Shown here piece by piece: positions 17,944-34,600 of a stretch of 64,000 nucleotides of DNA (positions are counted from its first letter, which is position 1; every line of letters starts with the position of its first letter). Made by a program: the position numbers and the translations under genes. The notes under the pieces were generated by a model. That model saw only the letters and a program-made list of their open reading frames with translations, made no database searches and was not told where the DNA came from. Where the stretch lies: the NCBI GenBank assembly GCA_002269645.1, contig NIVC01003000.1:1-64000 (forward strand). Direction: 5' to 3'. Source of the stretch: Macrostomum lignano (Eukaryota).

Positions 17944-19070
17944 ATCTCTCTTAAATATTTGAAATTGAGCGTTTGGACAAAGGTGGCGAGCTCTATTTCC
18001 ATGAAATTCGACCTCACGGTGCGCAGAATATTTTCGTTTATTTATTCACTTTCGATCTGACAGAGCCCTCAATTATTCTAATTTTACTGGCAAAACTGTA
18101 AATATGCGGTAAATGCTACTGCTACTACTGCCGAGTCAGTAGGCTGCGAGTAAATTTTGTCACTCGAGCAGTTATTTCCTTGGCAGCGAACCAAAAACTG
18201 CGACTCTCCCACCTGTCAATCACAATGTTTTTCTATTTTTTACTTCGATAAAACTTTTTATTTGTTTGTATTCGCTTTCTGCGCTACTTATCAGTAGCAT
18301 ATCAGTAGTATATGCTGTGAAACCACGCTGCACAAATACACTGGCGAGATAGCAAGTTTAAAGAGATTTAAAGAGATATTAAAACTTTCATATTTTCCTC
18401 TTAAAATTCTAAAATGCTTAATTCTTACTCATTTGAATCGCCTTAAATTAAAAAACAACGTACTTTTTTTCTTCAATCACTTTGAAAAATTTATCAGACT
18501 TAAAACAAATTCAACTTTATATTCAACAGACAGGGTGTGCAGTTCGGTGCTTCGAGTTCGTTTAAATTTTGACAGATATTTAACAACCTCGTGCTGACAG
18601 GAAATCGGTGCGCTGCTCCCAGGAGACACAGAACAGACGGACAGGCACAGAGACACAGAGCTAGTGTGAAAGAGACTAAGAAAGATACTTTCAGAGGACA
18701 GCAACAGCTATTGACAAGCAACAGGACAAGTAAAACGGATACAGTTAATGAATAGCAGAAGTTGGTTAATAACAAAAAAATTCTGCACAGCTTCTTAGCA
18801 ACTCAGCGATTCAGAAAGTCGCTCCGATGGGATATGGGGATTGGTAATAAAAACGGACGAAGCATGGGACGCGACGGACTGACAAAACTGGAAAAGGACG
18901 GAGTTGGGAGAAACTCTTATTCTGCATAGTTCGAAACAATCAAGTGTGCAATTCGATTTCGCCACTGACTCGACTGAACAATAAAGGACTGCACAGGCTC
19001 AAAACGGTCTACTGTGAGTAGAGAAAAAATGTTTTTTTAAAACAACAAAAAAACTGAAATTGAAGGTCAA

Positions 19071-22038
<2,968 letters not shown>

Positions 22039-22127
22039 CCTGCTGGGATCACGAGGCGAGTTGGCAACACTGCATTGAAAAAAAATTTAGCTGGGAGCTG
22101 AGCTGGCGAGATGGGGCACAGCGGCTG

Positions 22128-22133
22128 TATATA
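22128..22133 (-). promoter_or_regulatory. Candidate TATA element of the zinc-finger gene
   Basis: TATATA ~90 bp upstream of the ATG at 22038, at the edge of a GC-rich region (22140-22800). Confidence 0.25.
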
Positions 22134-22949
22134 GAGGCCTTCAGAGCCTTGAGCAGCTTGTGTGTGTGCGCGGAGGCTGGGTGGGGCCCCCGGGGCTCAG
22201 GGGAACTAGAACAAAGGAGGCTGGAGTGGGGAACGCTTGCGAAAAATAGAAAAGAGAAAAGAGAGGCCCCGTGTAAGAGCCGTGAGCTTTGGATTGGAAA
22301 AAGGAGAGAGAGAGAGGAGGATTGAGTGGAGGCTGGGGAGGAGCGACGTGTGCCGCCGTCTCGGGTTTGTGTGCAGGCCGCGCCGCCTCTTCATCTTCAC
22401 TCTCCCTCTCTCTCTCTGCTGCTCCGCACGCAGCGCGTGAGCTCGCGCTAGTGTGTGCGCGTGGAATGGGAGATGGGAGGGGATGAGGGGGAGGGGAGCC
22501 CAAATCCTGTCCCAAAATCCCAGCGTGTGCGGGCGCGCGTGCCCGCGACCTGAAAACCAGAGGGAGGGAGAGGCTTGGGATTTTTTCGAACCAGAAAAGA
22601 TGGGGCGGCGGCTCGAATCGGGCGCGGCACGCACGCGACTCGGGAGGCCTCGGCGGGTGGCCGAGTTTGTGAGCTGTGCTCAGGGGGGGGGGACACAAAG
22701 CTCGTTGCTCGACCTGGGCAGCTGTGTGCCGCACACTCGGAGATGTGACTCAGCCTTCGATTCGGACGGGTTGAGAGAGCCTTCAATACAGCCTTCTCAC
22801 CTGAGCTTCAAGCTAAAGTAGTTCCATATTGGCGATTCACTGTTTATATTTTTTCTTGGTATGGCCATGGAAACTGCGCCAAGTTTGAATAAACTCACTC
22901 AGAGTTACACCAGACACAAAATACCTACTCCAGAATTCTAAATCGAATA

Positions 22950-23520
22950 TCTTAAATCCCCCATTCCGAATCCCACTTACTACAACCCCAATTCTATGCC
23001 CCGAATCCCAAGTCCCAAATTTCACATCCAAAAATACCAAATCTTACGTCAAATTCTATACCCGAGATCCAAAAATCCCAAATCCCAAATCCCTAATCAT
23101 GTATCATAAATCCAGCATCAATTTCTATTCCCTAGATCCCAAAATCTTTAATCCTACATTCCAAATCCAAAATCTAAAATCTAAATCTCAAATCTCACAT
23201 CCCAAATCCCAAACCCCAATTCCTAAATCCCAAACCCCAATTCCTAAATCCCACATCCCAAATCCTAAACCCCACATCCCAAATCCTAAACCCCACATCC
23301 CAAATCCTAAACCCCAATTCCTAAATCCCAAACCCCAATTCCTAAATCCCACATCCCAAATCCTAAACCCCACATCCCAAATCCTACGCCCTAAAGCCCC
23401 GAATATATTCTAATTCTACACCCTAGATCTCAAAATCACAGATCCCACATCACAGGTTCCAATTAGACAATCTCTATCACAAAATTCAAAATCCTACACC
23501 GGAAACTCTTCATCCTGCAA
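22950..23520 (+). repeat. Degenerate ~21-bp C/A-rich repeat CCCAAATCCTAAACCCCACAT
   Basis: 7-aa periodicity in the ORF track. Confidence 0.85.
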
Positions 23521-24789
23521 TTAAGCGTCGAAGCCAACCCCATCCCGAATTCAGCAGCTTTAAAATCCCTTGAACAGTTCGCATCACTTACCTGTTGAAT
23601 ATTCAGTGAGTTATTTTCTAATCCTGTCTGCCTCTTTCAGTGGAAGACAATTGCAGAGGCTTGCAGGGCCAGGCGGAGTCTCTGACAATAGGGAACAGGA
23701 ATGGTGCTTTTTGGTGGATGCGGCAGATGCAGCCAGGGGAGGGGGAGGAGGGAGGGGGCTGGGCGGGCAGGAGCAGATGCTGTGTGCCGCAGTGCCACGC
23801 GGAGCCATCCATTGGTCTCAGCACGGATGCAGAACCAAGTTTGCAGCCGCCCCAGCAGCACAGACGCACAAAAAACCTCCCCCCCCAGACCCCTCTGCGT
23901 CTGTCTCAGTGTTTTTCTTCCCTTCTTTCAGCGTCCCCGTGAGAGGGGAGACTGTAGCAATGAAACAATCTGCTGCTTCTGCTTCTGGCTGGCGAGCTCT
24001 GGAGGCCACCCCGGAGCGCCTCAATTGTCTTCTGGCTAAGGGCAGACTGGGGGGAGACAGCGGACACACAGAAGAACTGCATGGGATGAATACTTTTCTC
24101 CCAATGGCCCACCCCGGCCTCAGCTTCAGCCTGTTTCACCTGAAATCCTGGAGGCTGGGGGGGGGGGTTGGTTAATGCTTGTCGTCCTTCCCCCCTTTCT
24201 CTTGCTCGGTGCGTACAATCGAGGCAGGTGCCAACATCTGTGCCCGAGTGGTCCGCAGAGCTGCAGGCCTCGTCATCAAATTTTAGCAGCAGAAACAGCA
24301 GAAGCAACAGTTGAGAACCTGCCGGCACAGAGCTCTCACCCCCGCGCCCCAAACCGCGCACAGAACCATCCCGGACACGGCCAGCTTCCCAGACTCCCTC
24401 TCCATCAGGCCTCCCACTAACCCGGAGCTGCCAACCCAAACTATTTGAAAGGGGCAGCAGCAGCTGAGGGTACAGAGCTACTTTCGGAACAGGAGACGGG
24501 AGAGGAGAGAGATATGGGAGAACAATAGGAGAAGAGGGTTGTGAGAGGTGCAGCTGGGGATGTCCCGGCATTGGCACGCCATTCATCCATGGGAGGCTGA
24601 ACTCTGTGAGTGCCGCGTGCGTGCCTGGCACACCCAGGCTGAGGCAGAGGTTTTTTTGGCCAGAGCTCTCCGCAATTCAATTCTGCAACAATTTGCTTTT
24701 GCAGCAGCCGGGAGGAGTGGCAGGTGAATGCAGCCGGAGAGTGCGGTCGATTCCGCTTGGTTTAGGTATTGGCTGGTGGAGGTCTCAGT

Positions 24790-26244
24790 CGGCGAGACTC
24801 AGGTTGGGGAGACTCAGGTGGGGGAGACTCAGGTGGGGGAGACTCAGGTGGAAGAGACTCAGGTGGGGGAGACTCAGGTGGGGGAGACTCAGGTGGGGGA
24901 GACTCAGGTGGGGGAGACTCAGGTGGGGGAGACTCAGGTGGGGGAGACTCAGGTGGGGGAGACTCAGGTGGGGGAGACTCAGGTGGGGGAGACTCAGGTG
25001 GGGAGACTCAAGTGGGGAGACTCAGGTGGGGGAGATTCAGGTGGGGGAGACTCAGGTGGGGGAGACTCAGGTGGGGGAGACTCAGGTGGGGGAGACTCAG
25101 GTGGGGGAGACTCAGGTGGGGAGACTCAAGTGGGGGAGACTCAGGTGGGGGAGATTCAGGTGGGGGAGACTCAGGTGGGGGAGACTCAGGTGGGGGAGAC
25201 TCAGGTGGGGGAGACTTAGGTGGGAAGGCTCAGGTGGGGGAGACTCAGGTGGGGGAGACTCAGGTGGGGGAGACTCAGGTGGGGGAGACTCAGGTGGAAG
25301 AGACTCAGGTGGGGAGACTCAGGTGGGGGAGACTCAGGTGGGGGAGACTCAGGTGGGGGAGACTCAGGTGGGGGAGACTCAGGTGGGGGAGACTCAGGTG
25401 GGGGAGACTCAGGTGGGGAGACTCAAGTGGGGGAGACTCAGGTGGGGGAGATTCAGGTGGGGGAGACTCAGGTGGGGGAGACTCAGGTGGGGGAGACTCA
25501 GGTGGGGGAGACTTAGGTGGGAAGGCTCAGGTGGGGGAGACTCAGGTGGGGGAGACTCAGGTGGGGGAGACTCAGGTGGGGGAGACTCAGGTGGAAGAGA
25601 CTCAGGTGGGGGAGACTCAGGTGGGGAGACTCAGGTGGGGGAGACTCAGGTGGGAAGACTCAGGTGGAAGAGACTCAGGTGGGGGAGACTCAGGTGGGAA
25701 GACTCAGGTGGGGGAGACTCAGGTGGGGGAGACTCAGGTGGGGAAACTCAGGTGGAAGAGACTCAGGTGGGGGAGACTCAGGTGGGGAGACTCAGGTGGG
25801 GGAGATTCAGGTGGGGGAGACTCAGGTGGGGGAGACTCAGGTGGGGGAGACTCAGGTGGGGGAGACTCAGGTGGGGGAGACTCAGGTGGGGGAGACTCAG
25901 GTGGGGGAGACTCAGGTGGGGGAGACTCAGGTGGGGGAGACTCAGGTGGGGGAGACTTAGGTGGGGGAGACTCAGGTGGGGGAGACTCAGGTGGGGGAGA
26001 CTCAGGTGGGGGAGACTCAGGTGGGGGAGACTTAGGTGGGGGAGACTCAGGTGGGGGAGACTCAGGTGGGGAGACTCAGGTGGGGAGACTCAGGTGGGGA
26101 GACTCAGGTGGGGAGACTCAGGTGGGGGAGACTCAGGTGGGGGAGACTTAGGTGGGGGAGACTTAGGTGGGAAGGCTCAGGTGGGGGAGACTCAGGTGGG
26201 GGAGACTCAGGTGGGGGAGACTCAGGTGGGGGAGACTCAGGTGG
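24790..26244 (+). repeat. 15-bp G-rich minisatellite GGGGAGACTCAGGTG
   Basis: ~95 units. Confidence 0.97.
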
Positions 26245-26249
26245 TCCTG

Positions 26250-26545
26250 TAGGACCAATGCTACACAGGACCAATGCTACACAGGACCAATGCTACACAG
26301 GACCAATGCTACACAGGACCAATGCTACACAGGACCAATGCTACACAGGACCAATGCTACACAGGACCAATGCTACACAGGACCAATGCTACACAGGACC
26401 AATGCTACACAGGACCAATGCTACACAGGACCAATGCTACACAGGACCAATGCTACACAGGACCAATGCTACACAGGACCAATGCTACACAGGACCAATG
26501 CTACACAGGACCAATACTACACAGGACCAATGTAACACAGGACTA
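26250..26545 (+). repeat. 16-bp minisatellite ACAGGACCAATGCTAC
   Basis: ~18 near-perfect units abutting the 15-bp array. Confidence 0.97.
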
Positions 26546-26977
26546 ATTATAAAAAACTGTTGCTCCCCAAATCCTCAAACATGCACACTTATTGCATTCT
26601 ATAAATGGTCATATTAACTGCTATTTCCCAGATAGGATTGAAAATCTGAAGTCTCGTAGATGGGTATAGGCGCACTGCACTCAAAAGTGACTGAGCAGTC
26701 CATCGCGCACAAAACGCCAAACCCTAACCTTTCTCAACCCTATTCTTAACCCTACCAACCCCCTTCCCCCCCTGGCTTGGGTTTGAATTTTGGGCGAACG
26801 AAATGAAGTGAGGCTGCACGCTAGGCGATGAGATGGGGAAGGCATGGTTGAGCGAGGGGCGTGGCTCGAGTCCCGGGGCTGCTATTCTCTACAAGCCCCG
26901 TTTGCACACGCACCGATGCGACTGGAGGAGGGCTGCGTGAGCGAAGAACAACATTTTTTCGCGAGTCCCAGCGAGTC

Positions 26978-27015
26978 TATAAAGGGAGAGAGAGGGGGGG
27001 GAAGGCATTTCATTC
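26978..27015 (+). promoter_or_regulatory. Candidate TATA box plus initiator
   Basis: TATAAA 26978-26983 and TCATTC 27010-27015 (Inr consensus TCAKTY), 34 bp apart. Confidence 0.35.
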
Positions 27016-28610
27016 CGCAATTGGGAGCTCTGCTCTCCCCCCACAGCCCACACTGTTACTTCCTTTAACTCGTCCGCGTGCGTGCCTTTTGTCTCAGACC
27101 CGCAGCCGTCCCCATCCCGTTCCCCTCTCTCGCTCTGTGCCGCTCCGCTCGCTACTAATTCTCTGCTGCATTTCTAAAAGCCTGCCTGCACTGCCGTCCG
27201 CGACCTCCTGTCCCGCATCAGCGCAGGTGGGCTTGGGTGGGAGATGAGGCACGGAAAGGAAAGAGGAAAGAGGATGCTGAGGAACAAGCGTGGGGGTGGG
27301 AGCAAGGCGGATAGATGAGGAAGAGACTGCAGCATCGAGAGCCACCTGTGCGATGCCGTGTGTGTCTGTGTGTGTGAGAGAGAGAGAGCTAGCACAGTCT
27401 CGGGCACTGTGTTGTCATGGAGATCACGCGAGGCTTAGAGAGAGCCTGGTCGCTGGGACGCATTTTTCCCAGATGCAACAGCAGAAAATCTTTTCTTGAT
27501 CCTCGTGGGTGGCAGACTATAGGGTGCTTCAGCAGAAACAGTAGCTTTATAGCTTTTGTGAGCTTGGAAAAAGTTGCATTCTGCTGACAGGGAAAGCGTT
27601 TGTGTTTTTTTCACTAGAACAGCCCGAATCCAAACAATTGGACGAGTTTAATGCACATTATAGTTTTGCTGCGCTATGGCAGGATTATAGCAGGATTGTA
27701 TGTAACTGCACACTTCAAATTGTTGCATGATAGCCATTCATCAAAAACAACTAACCAAATTTAAAAAAATTACTTATAGAAATATGGCGTTGGGAAGGCA
27801 TACTTGGAAAACTTGGATTTCTAAAATGATTATTTTGAAGTCCGAGACTGCGAAAATGCTTGCAAACTCGGGTAACTGTGCATGTACTCCTTATGGTACG
27901 AGCAGAATTTATATGTAACATGAATAAGCAGACACGAAATGAACAGTGTATTGCTAAAAAATTGAACAATATTTTTTGCAATACGAAACAACTTGGATTC
28001 TATAAAATATAAGATCTACAGAGAAATTTTTAGCTGCCGGTCGGAATATTTCAGCAATAACGTTTGCAGAAGAGCCTTGTGAGAAAAAATAAACCCATAA
28101 AATAGTCTTTTCTGCTTTTAATGCAATTGAAAGACTAAAGGTTGTCCTTGATTTTTAGGTTTTTTTAAGTTCATAAACGGTATGTTTTTCTTTAGTTTTT
28201 ACAAGCCGGATAAAACAATCCGGACCGACAATTTACGCACGATAAACAAAATTATTTTTAACTGAAAATTACAGACTAAAAACTCAGAAAGCTTTTGCAG
28301 CAGAAAAATTACAGCGTTTAAAAATTCTGTCCTCTTTTAATAAAAGTTGTTAATATTTAATATCTTCTTTGATAATGAAACATTTTCACTATTTTAAATT
28401 TCGACTCGAAGATCACGAGTTTGGAGTTTCCATCTTAATTACCGTTTCAGTCAAGAGTGCGCAATTTTTGTTTAACAGGAAAATGAATTTATATACTAGC
28501 CAGTTTTCTCAGGTTTTGAGTGTATTTTAGCCTTGTTTAAAAATTCGCGCAATGTATTTAGTTTCCTATAAATTTATTTAAAGAAATTACAAATATTTAT
28601 CGCAAAGATC

Positions 28611-31600
28611 ATGTTCGCTCCAAACAGACAATATGACTCTCACAGTGGAACGCGATTTTATGATTACTCAAATGAGGTACGGTATATATGCTTGAAAATT
28701 AAGAGTACAAATTATAGTTGCAGATATATTTGTTCAGAACCAATTATTTAAATGCGAAAAAGTAATATAACTGTACATTCTAAATAGTAACCAATTTAAA
28801 AATGAGTTTGAGATTTTTCAAGGCATACTCAATTGTAGTTGTATTTCCGCCAAAAAAAATTAAAATTAAAGTAAAAATTGTCACAATAAAAACCCTATGA
28901 AAAGATTTTTTTTATTTAATTTTTAGAGTCCATATGATTCATTTATGAAAAAGCATTTGCAACATTATGGATATTATACTGGTGAGTAAAAAATGAAACT
29001 TTTTAATGATTTTCGTTTGAGTATGTTTTTTTGTTGAAATGAAAAAGATAACCAAATATTCAGTACATTGTCCTACAAAGTACATTACAACAAATCTTCA
29101 GGTAAAAATGAAAAGCGTATCAAAGATTTGGAAGGCTGGGAGTCGGACTCGACTCCGGACTACAAAGAGTACGGCTCGGATGATGATTATCTTAACGAAG
29201 CGCTCAAAGACAAAGGTTAGTCATTGTTACAATGCTCACTATAATACAAATGACCCAAGCATATTGGTATCATATTAATCGTTATTTCAATGCACCTTGT
29301 CAACAGAGAGACAAGAGAAAGAGTTGAAAAGCAACCAAGTTGTCTACAATGTTAACGACGGCAAAGTTGTGAGTTTATTGCTCAATTTTATTACCTACAA
29401 GTTCTTTAAGTGTCAATGAATTTAGCCACAACACGAAACAGTTCCGAGTCGTTGCATCGCACACCGCAGGTCACCAAGCTGAAGGAGCCCAGGGCGCTGT
29501 TCAGTGGAGCTCAAGACGCCGGACTGCAGCCGGCAAAATGGTGCATCATTTGTAGAATATTTTTAAAGCGAGAATCCAATAATTTCCACGCTCTCCTATT
29601 CCCGAATTCCAGGCCAATTGAAATGGAGGTTCTGCCCGACAGGGTGCTGCACGTCGACTGCCCACCCGAGGCGCCGGAGCCGTTTGGCAGCTCGGGTGAG
29701 TCGGGTGGGCGGCCTCGATTTGGTATAGGGTTGTGGGCACCCTTCGGCGACATGGTCCCTCAGCCAGCGCTGGGGCAATTCTACCCAATCCGCTGACTCC
29801 TGAGTACACAAGCGCGTCAACACTGTACTCAGGCACGGCACTCATGCACACGCTCACACAGGGTGTACATCGGCCCTGACTTTCTAATCATCAGGCATGT
29901 ACACTGTCTGTGCCCTGGGGGTTGACCCTAACGGGGTTGAATCGCACGAAAACTGAATTGACAAATGAATCAAACCAGGGGTTCGCAGCGTCAGATGTTG
30001 TACCGTAACCCCCCCCCCCATTCGAACCAGCTGCATTCGAACCAACGCCAGTCGTTCAAGGCGAGGACTCGAGCAGCGAAAGCAGCAGACTGGTCTTCAA
30101 ATACGAGCCAGTGTTGTCTCCGTTTGTAAGTATACGCGCGCACTTTTTAATCTCGAATAGTTCGGGCATCCCAGACTCGAAGCTAGCACGCCTCCCCACC
30201 GGTTGCCAATGACAACAGTTCATCAAGTCCCGAGCCGGTGGCAGTCGGACTCTCAGCGTCTGCCAAATCCGGGACGGGCAGTCAGATGACTCGCTGGTGT
30301 TCGAGTCCCGGTTCGAGAGCGGCAACCTGCGCAGGGCGTATCGAGTGTGAGACAGCTGGGTCTAGAGATGATCTCGTGTAGATCATTTGTATCTGATCTA
30401 GAGAGAATCCGTAGATCACTTGTACCAGATCTAGAGAGAATCTGTAGATTATTTGTATCTGATCTAGAAGAATCTAAATAATTTATACCTGATCTAGAGA
30501 TAGTCTGTAGATCATTTGTATCTGATCTAGAGAGAATCTAAATAATTTATACCTGATCTAGAGATAGTCTGTAGATCATTTGTATCTGATCTAGAGATAG
30601 TCTGTAGATCATTTGTATCTGATCTAGAGAGAATTTGTAGATCATTTGTATCTGATCTAGAGAGAATTTGTAGATCATTTGTATCTGATCTAGAGAGAAT
30701 TTGTAGATCATTTGTATCTGATCTAGAGAGAATCTAAATAATTTATACCTGATCTAGAGATAGTCTGTAGATCATTTTTACCTGATCTGTGATCTACAGA
30801 GAATCCGTAGAGCACTTGTGCCCGATCTAAAGAGAATCTGTAGATCACTTGTACCCGATCTAGAGAGAATCCGTAGAGCACTTGTACCCGATCTAGAGAG
30901 AATCCGTAGATCACTTGTACCCGATCTAGAGAGAATCTGTAGATCATTTGTATCTGATCTACAGAGAATCTATAGATTATTTCTATCTGATCTAGAGAGA
31001 ATCTGTAGATCATTTGTATCTGTTCATAGAGACAAACTAATGACGGTCAATAGGTGGTCTACCAAAGATTTATAGCTAATTTATGGTATACGTGATCTAT
31101 AGAATATCCACACAGCCAATATGCCCAGTCTCAATAAATGTACTCAGCAAGCTTCCCCAATGAGGCTGGAGAACACAAAAGAGAATTGTCAGATTAGCCT
31201 GATGCCCTTCTCTATTCCAGTTTGCACGTACTGTGGGCCTCTAGAATGCAACAGTTAATCAATCTCATTTTCTTTACTCAAAAAACTCTCCTCAGCGGCC
31301 CCAGGGACTATGAGCTGTGGCTGCGCACGGACCTGTACACCAGCAAGCACACACAGTGGTTCTATTTTCGCGTGTCAAACACAGAGCCCGGGCAGGCATA
31401 CCGGTTCACTCTGGTGAACTTCTACAAGGTGAGACAGCTAGAGAGGGGGGGGGGAGCGGCGGCTTCTGTCATGCGCTGCTTCCTGGAAACTGCAGCTCCC
31501 AAGGCTATGGGAAGTGGCTGGGAAACAAGTTAGTCTCTCTATTCACTGGCTTGCTGCAGTCAGGGCTTAGTGAGCGGTCAGGGCAGGCAGCTGTGGGCAT

Positions 31601-34600
31601 AGTCAGTCAGTCAGTCAGTCAGTCAGTCAGTCAGTCAGTCAGTCAGTCAGTCAGTCAGTCAGTCAGTCAGTCAGTCAGTCAGTCAGTCAGTCAGTCAGTC
31701 AGTCAGTCAGTCAGTCAGGCAGTCAGTCAGTCAGTCAGTCAGTCAGTCAGTCAGTCAGTCAGTCTATAGGAGAGCAGGATTTCCTTTAGTTTGGCGGCCG
31801 CAAGGGGCTGTTGTGAACAGCATTGGCACAATAGCGCTAATTTTGATGAGGCACAAAGCGCGCCCGCTGTGGCCAAGGCGCGGGGGTCACCTCCTCTCCA
31901 GCCTCTCCAGCCTGTAGCAACCCCTGCATCTCTCTCACCCTCCAGTCTGCCAGCCTGTACAATGAGGGCCTGAGGCCGCTGATGTACAGCTGCCGGGCAG
32001 CGAAGTTGCGCGGCGCCGGTTGGAGAAGATGCGGCTCAGGCATCAAGTACTTCAAGAGCAACCAGCGGTTAGTCAAATAAATGCTTTAAGCAGCAAAAGA
32101 AGCGGGTTGGCAGCTTTGTAATTTCCTCAGCCTTCTCAGCTAGTGTAATAAATATTTTATTTCGGCAGCAAAATGCAATTGTCTTCGAATTTTCCTAACC
32201 CCGCTTAAGCCCTGAGCAATTGAGTTGAGTTTTTTGTGTCTCCGGAGCTGCATTGTGCCGGTTGAAGGGCCACTCAGCTTGTAAATGGCCTGCTGTGTCA
32301 AACTGCTAATGCCGGCTAAGAATTTATGACCACTTTAACAAACTGTGGAAGCTGAGTATTTATGGCTCAGCTTGGATGCTCATCACACAATAAGTGCAAA
32401 TGCTTGTGCGTGCAAAGTGAAACTTGCAAATTTCTTGTATTGGTGGCTAGTCGGGTTGGATCGGGTTGGAAACTGTCACGAAAGATAGCCAGTTTTAGTA
32501 CTAAATACGAGTACATAGTGGTAGTCTACCTCATTAGCAGTTATCCCAGCTAAACCGGCAGTTATATTCTGCCTAATTAGCAGTTATCCCAGCTAAACCG
32601 GCAGTTATATTCTACCTAATTAGCAGCTATCCCTGTTAAACCGGCAGTTATATTCTCGACAATTAGCAGTTATCCCAGTTAAACCGGCAGTTATATTCTA
32701 GACAATTAGCAGTTATCCCAGCTAAACCGGCAGTTATATTCTAGACAGTTAGCAGTTATTCCAGCTAAACCGGCAGTTATATTCTAGACAATTAGCAGTT
32801 ATCCCAGTTAAACCGGCAGTTATATTCTAGACAATTAGCAGTTATCCCAGCTAAACCGGCAGTTATATTCTAGCTAATTAGCAGTTATCCCAGCTAAACC
32901 GGCAGTTATATTCTAGCCAATTAGCAGTTATCCCAGCTAAACCGGCATTTATTCAATCCGCACGGCAGCTACACCGCCGCCAACGGCTCGGAGAAGTTCT
33001 ACTACTCGCTGACCTGGCAGACGCGGTTCGAGTTCCCCGATGACACGGTGTACTTTGCCCACTGCTATCCCTACACCTACTCGGACCTGCTGGACTACCT
33101 GCAGTCGCTGCAGGCCGACCCGGTTGTGTCCGGCTTTTGCAAGCAGCGGGTCCTCTGCCGCTCCTTGGCTGGCAACGCCGTTCACCTGCTCACCATCGGC
33201 ACGCCGGAGGAGCCGCCAAAGGGCGGCGCAAAACCGCAGCAGCAGCAGTCGAGAAAGCCGGTCATCCTGGTGACGTCCCGGGTGCACCCCGGCGAGTCCA
33301 ACGCCAGCTGGATGATGAAGGGTTTCTTGGATCACCTGACTGGGCAGCATCCCGACGCCTGCCTGCTGAGAGACTGCTTCACCTTTAAGGTGCAAGGAGT
33401 TAGGGACGGACAATCGGATCGGATGATGGAGCGGGTGCTTGGGGCGGAAAAAGGGCGGATGATGAGGCAAATAAGGCGGCGGTTAATGTGGCGCATATGG
33501 AGCGGATGATGGAGGCGGACAAGGGGCGGAAAAGGGGGCAGATAAGGGGTGGACAAGGGGCGGATGCTTCGGGGGCGGATAATTAGAGCGGATGCTTAGG
33601 GTGGAAAATATGGCGGATAAAGAGGGCGGATAAAAGGATGGATAAGAGGGCGGATAGGAGGGTGGATAAGGGGCGGATAAGAGGGCGGATAAGAGGGTGG
33701 ATGAGAGGGTGGATTATGGGATTCTGACTCCTTTGATTTCCCCGCAGGTGGTGCCCATGATCAACCCGGACGGTGTCATAGTGGGCAACTACCGCTGCTC
33801 TCTGGCTGGCCGCGACCTCAACCGGAACTACCGGTCGCCACTTCGCGACTCGTTTCCGGCTGTGTGCGCCATAGTGGACCTGGTCAGCCGCCTGCAGGCC
33901 CGGGGGGTCCGGGTGGCGCTCTACTGCGACCTGCACGGCCATTCGCGCAGGCAGAATGTCTTCATGTACGGCTGCGCCCCCGACAAGGTGAGGCGAGGGA
34001 AGAGATCGGGGAGCTTCTCAGCCAATCAGAGAGCAGATAGCATTTAGATTAAGGGGGGGGGTAAAAAGTTCTCAGCTTCCCAGCCAATCAGAGAGCAGCC
34101 CCGTTGGAAAAGTTATGCACCTGCATAGGCATAAACGGTGAGCGAGGTGCACAAAAGAGGCACTTTAGTGGCCTATTTCGTGTGTATTTTAGAAATGCAC
34201 CTGAGTGCACCTTTTATGCCTAAATGTCACCAATATTTTTGAAGAGGCATGAAAGGTGCACAATCGGTGAAGTGGTCAGGCATTGGGGGAATTCTCAATT
34301 TTGATTGGTTACGGCGGTAGGTAATCAATATCAATTCTGATTGGTTACATACTCGTATATTGCAGCCACAGATTAAACATAGAAAAAGCTTTATATATAC
34401 ACCCATGCTAATCGCTGCTATCCCCTTCCTGAGTCTGGCAAACCACGAAAGTAAACATTTTTCCTGTACTGATAAGTTCCAATGACTTTCAAATACCTGA
34501 GGAAAAGTTCCGAAAGTGGTGAAAAGTTTTGCATTAGTGAGGAAAATTTTCGAATCTTTTCAAAGAATAGTGGGGAAAAGAAGCAAAAAAGTTTCGCAAG

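Noticed and set aside
22950-23520. Interstitial telomere
   Set aside because: Units only loosely resemble TTAGGG/TTTAGGG and have a ~21-bp period.
23570-24700. Coding gene in the overlapping 100-240-aa ORFs
   Set aside because: No recognisable domain or consistent exon chain; GC-rich sequence produces such ORFs by chance.
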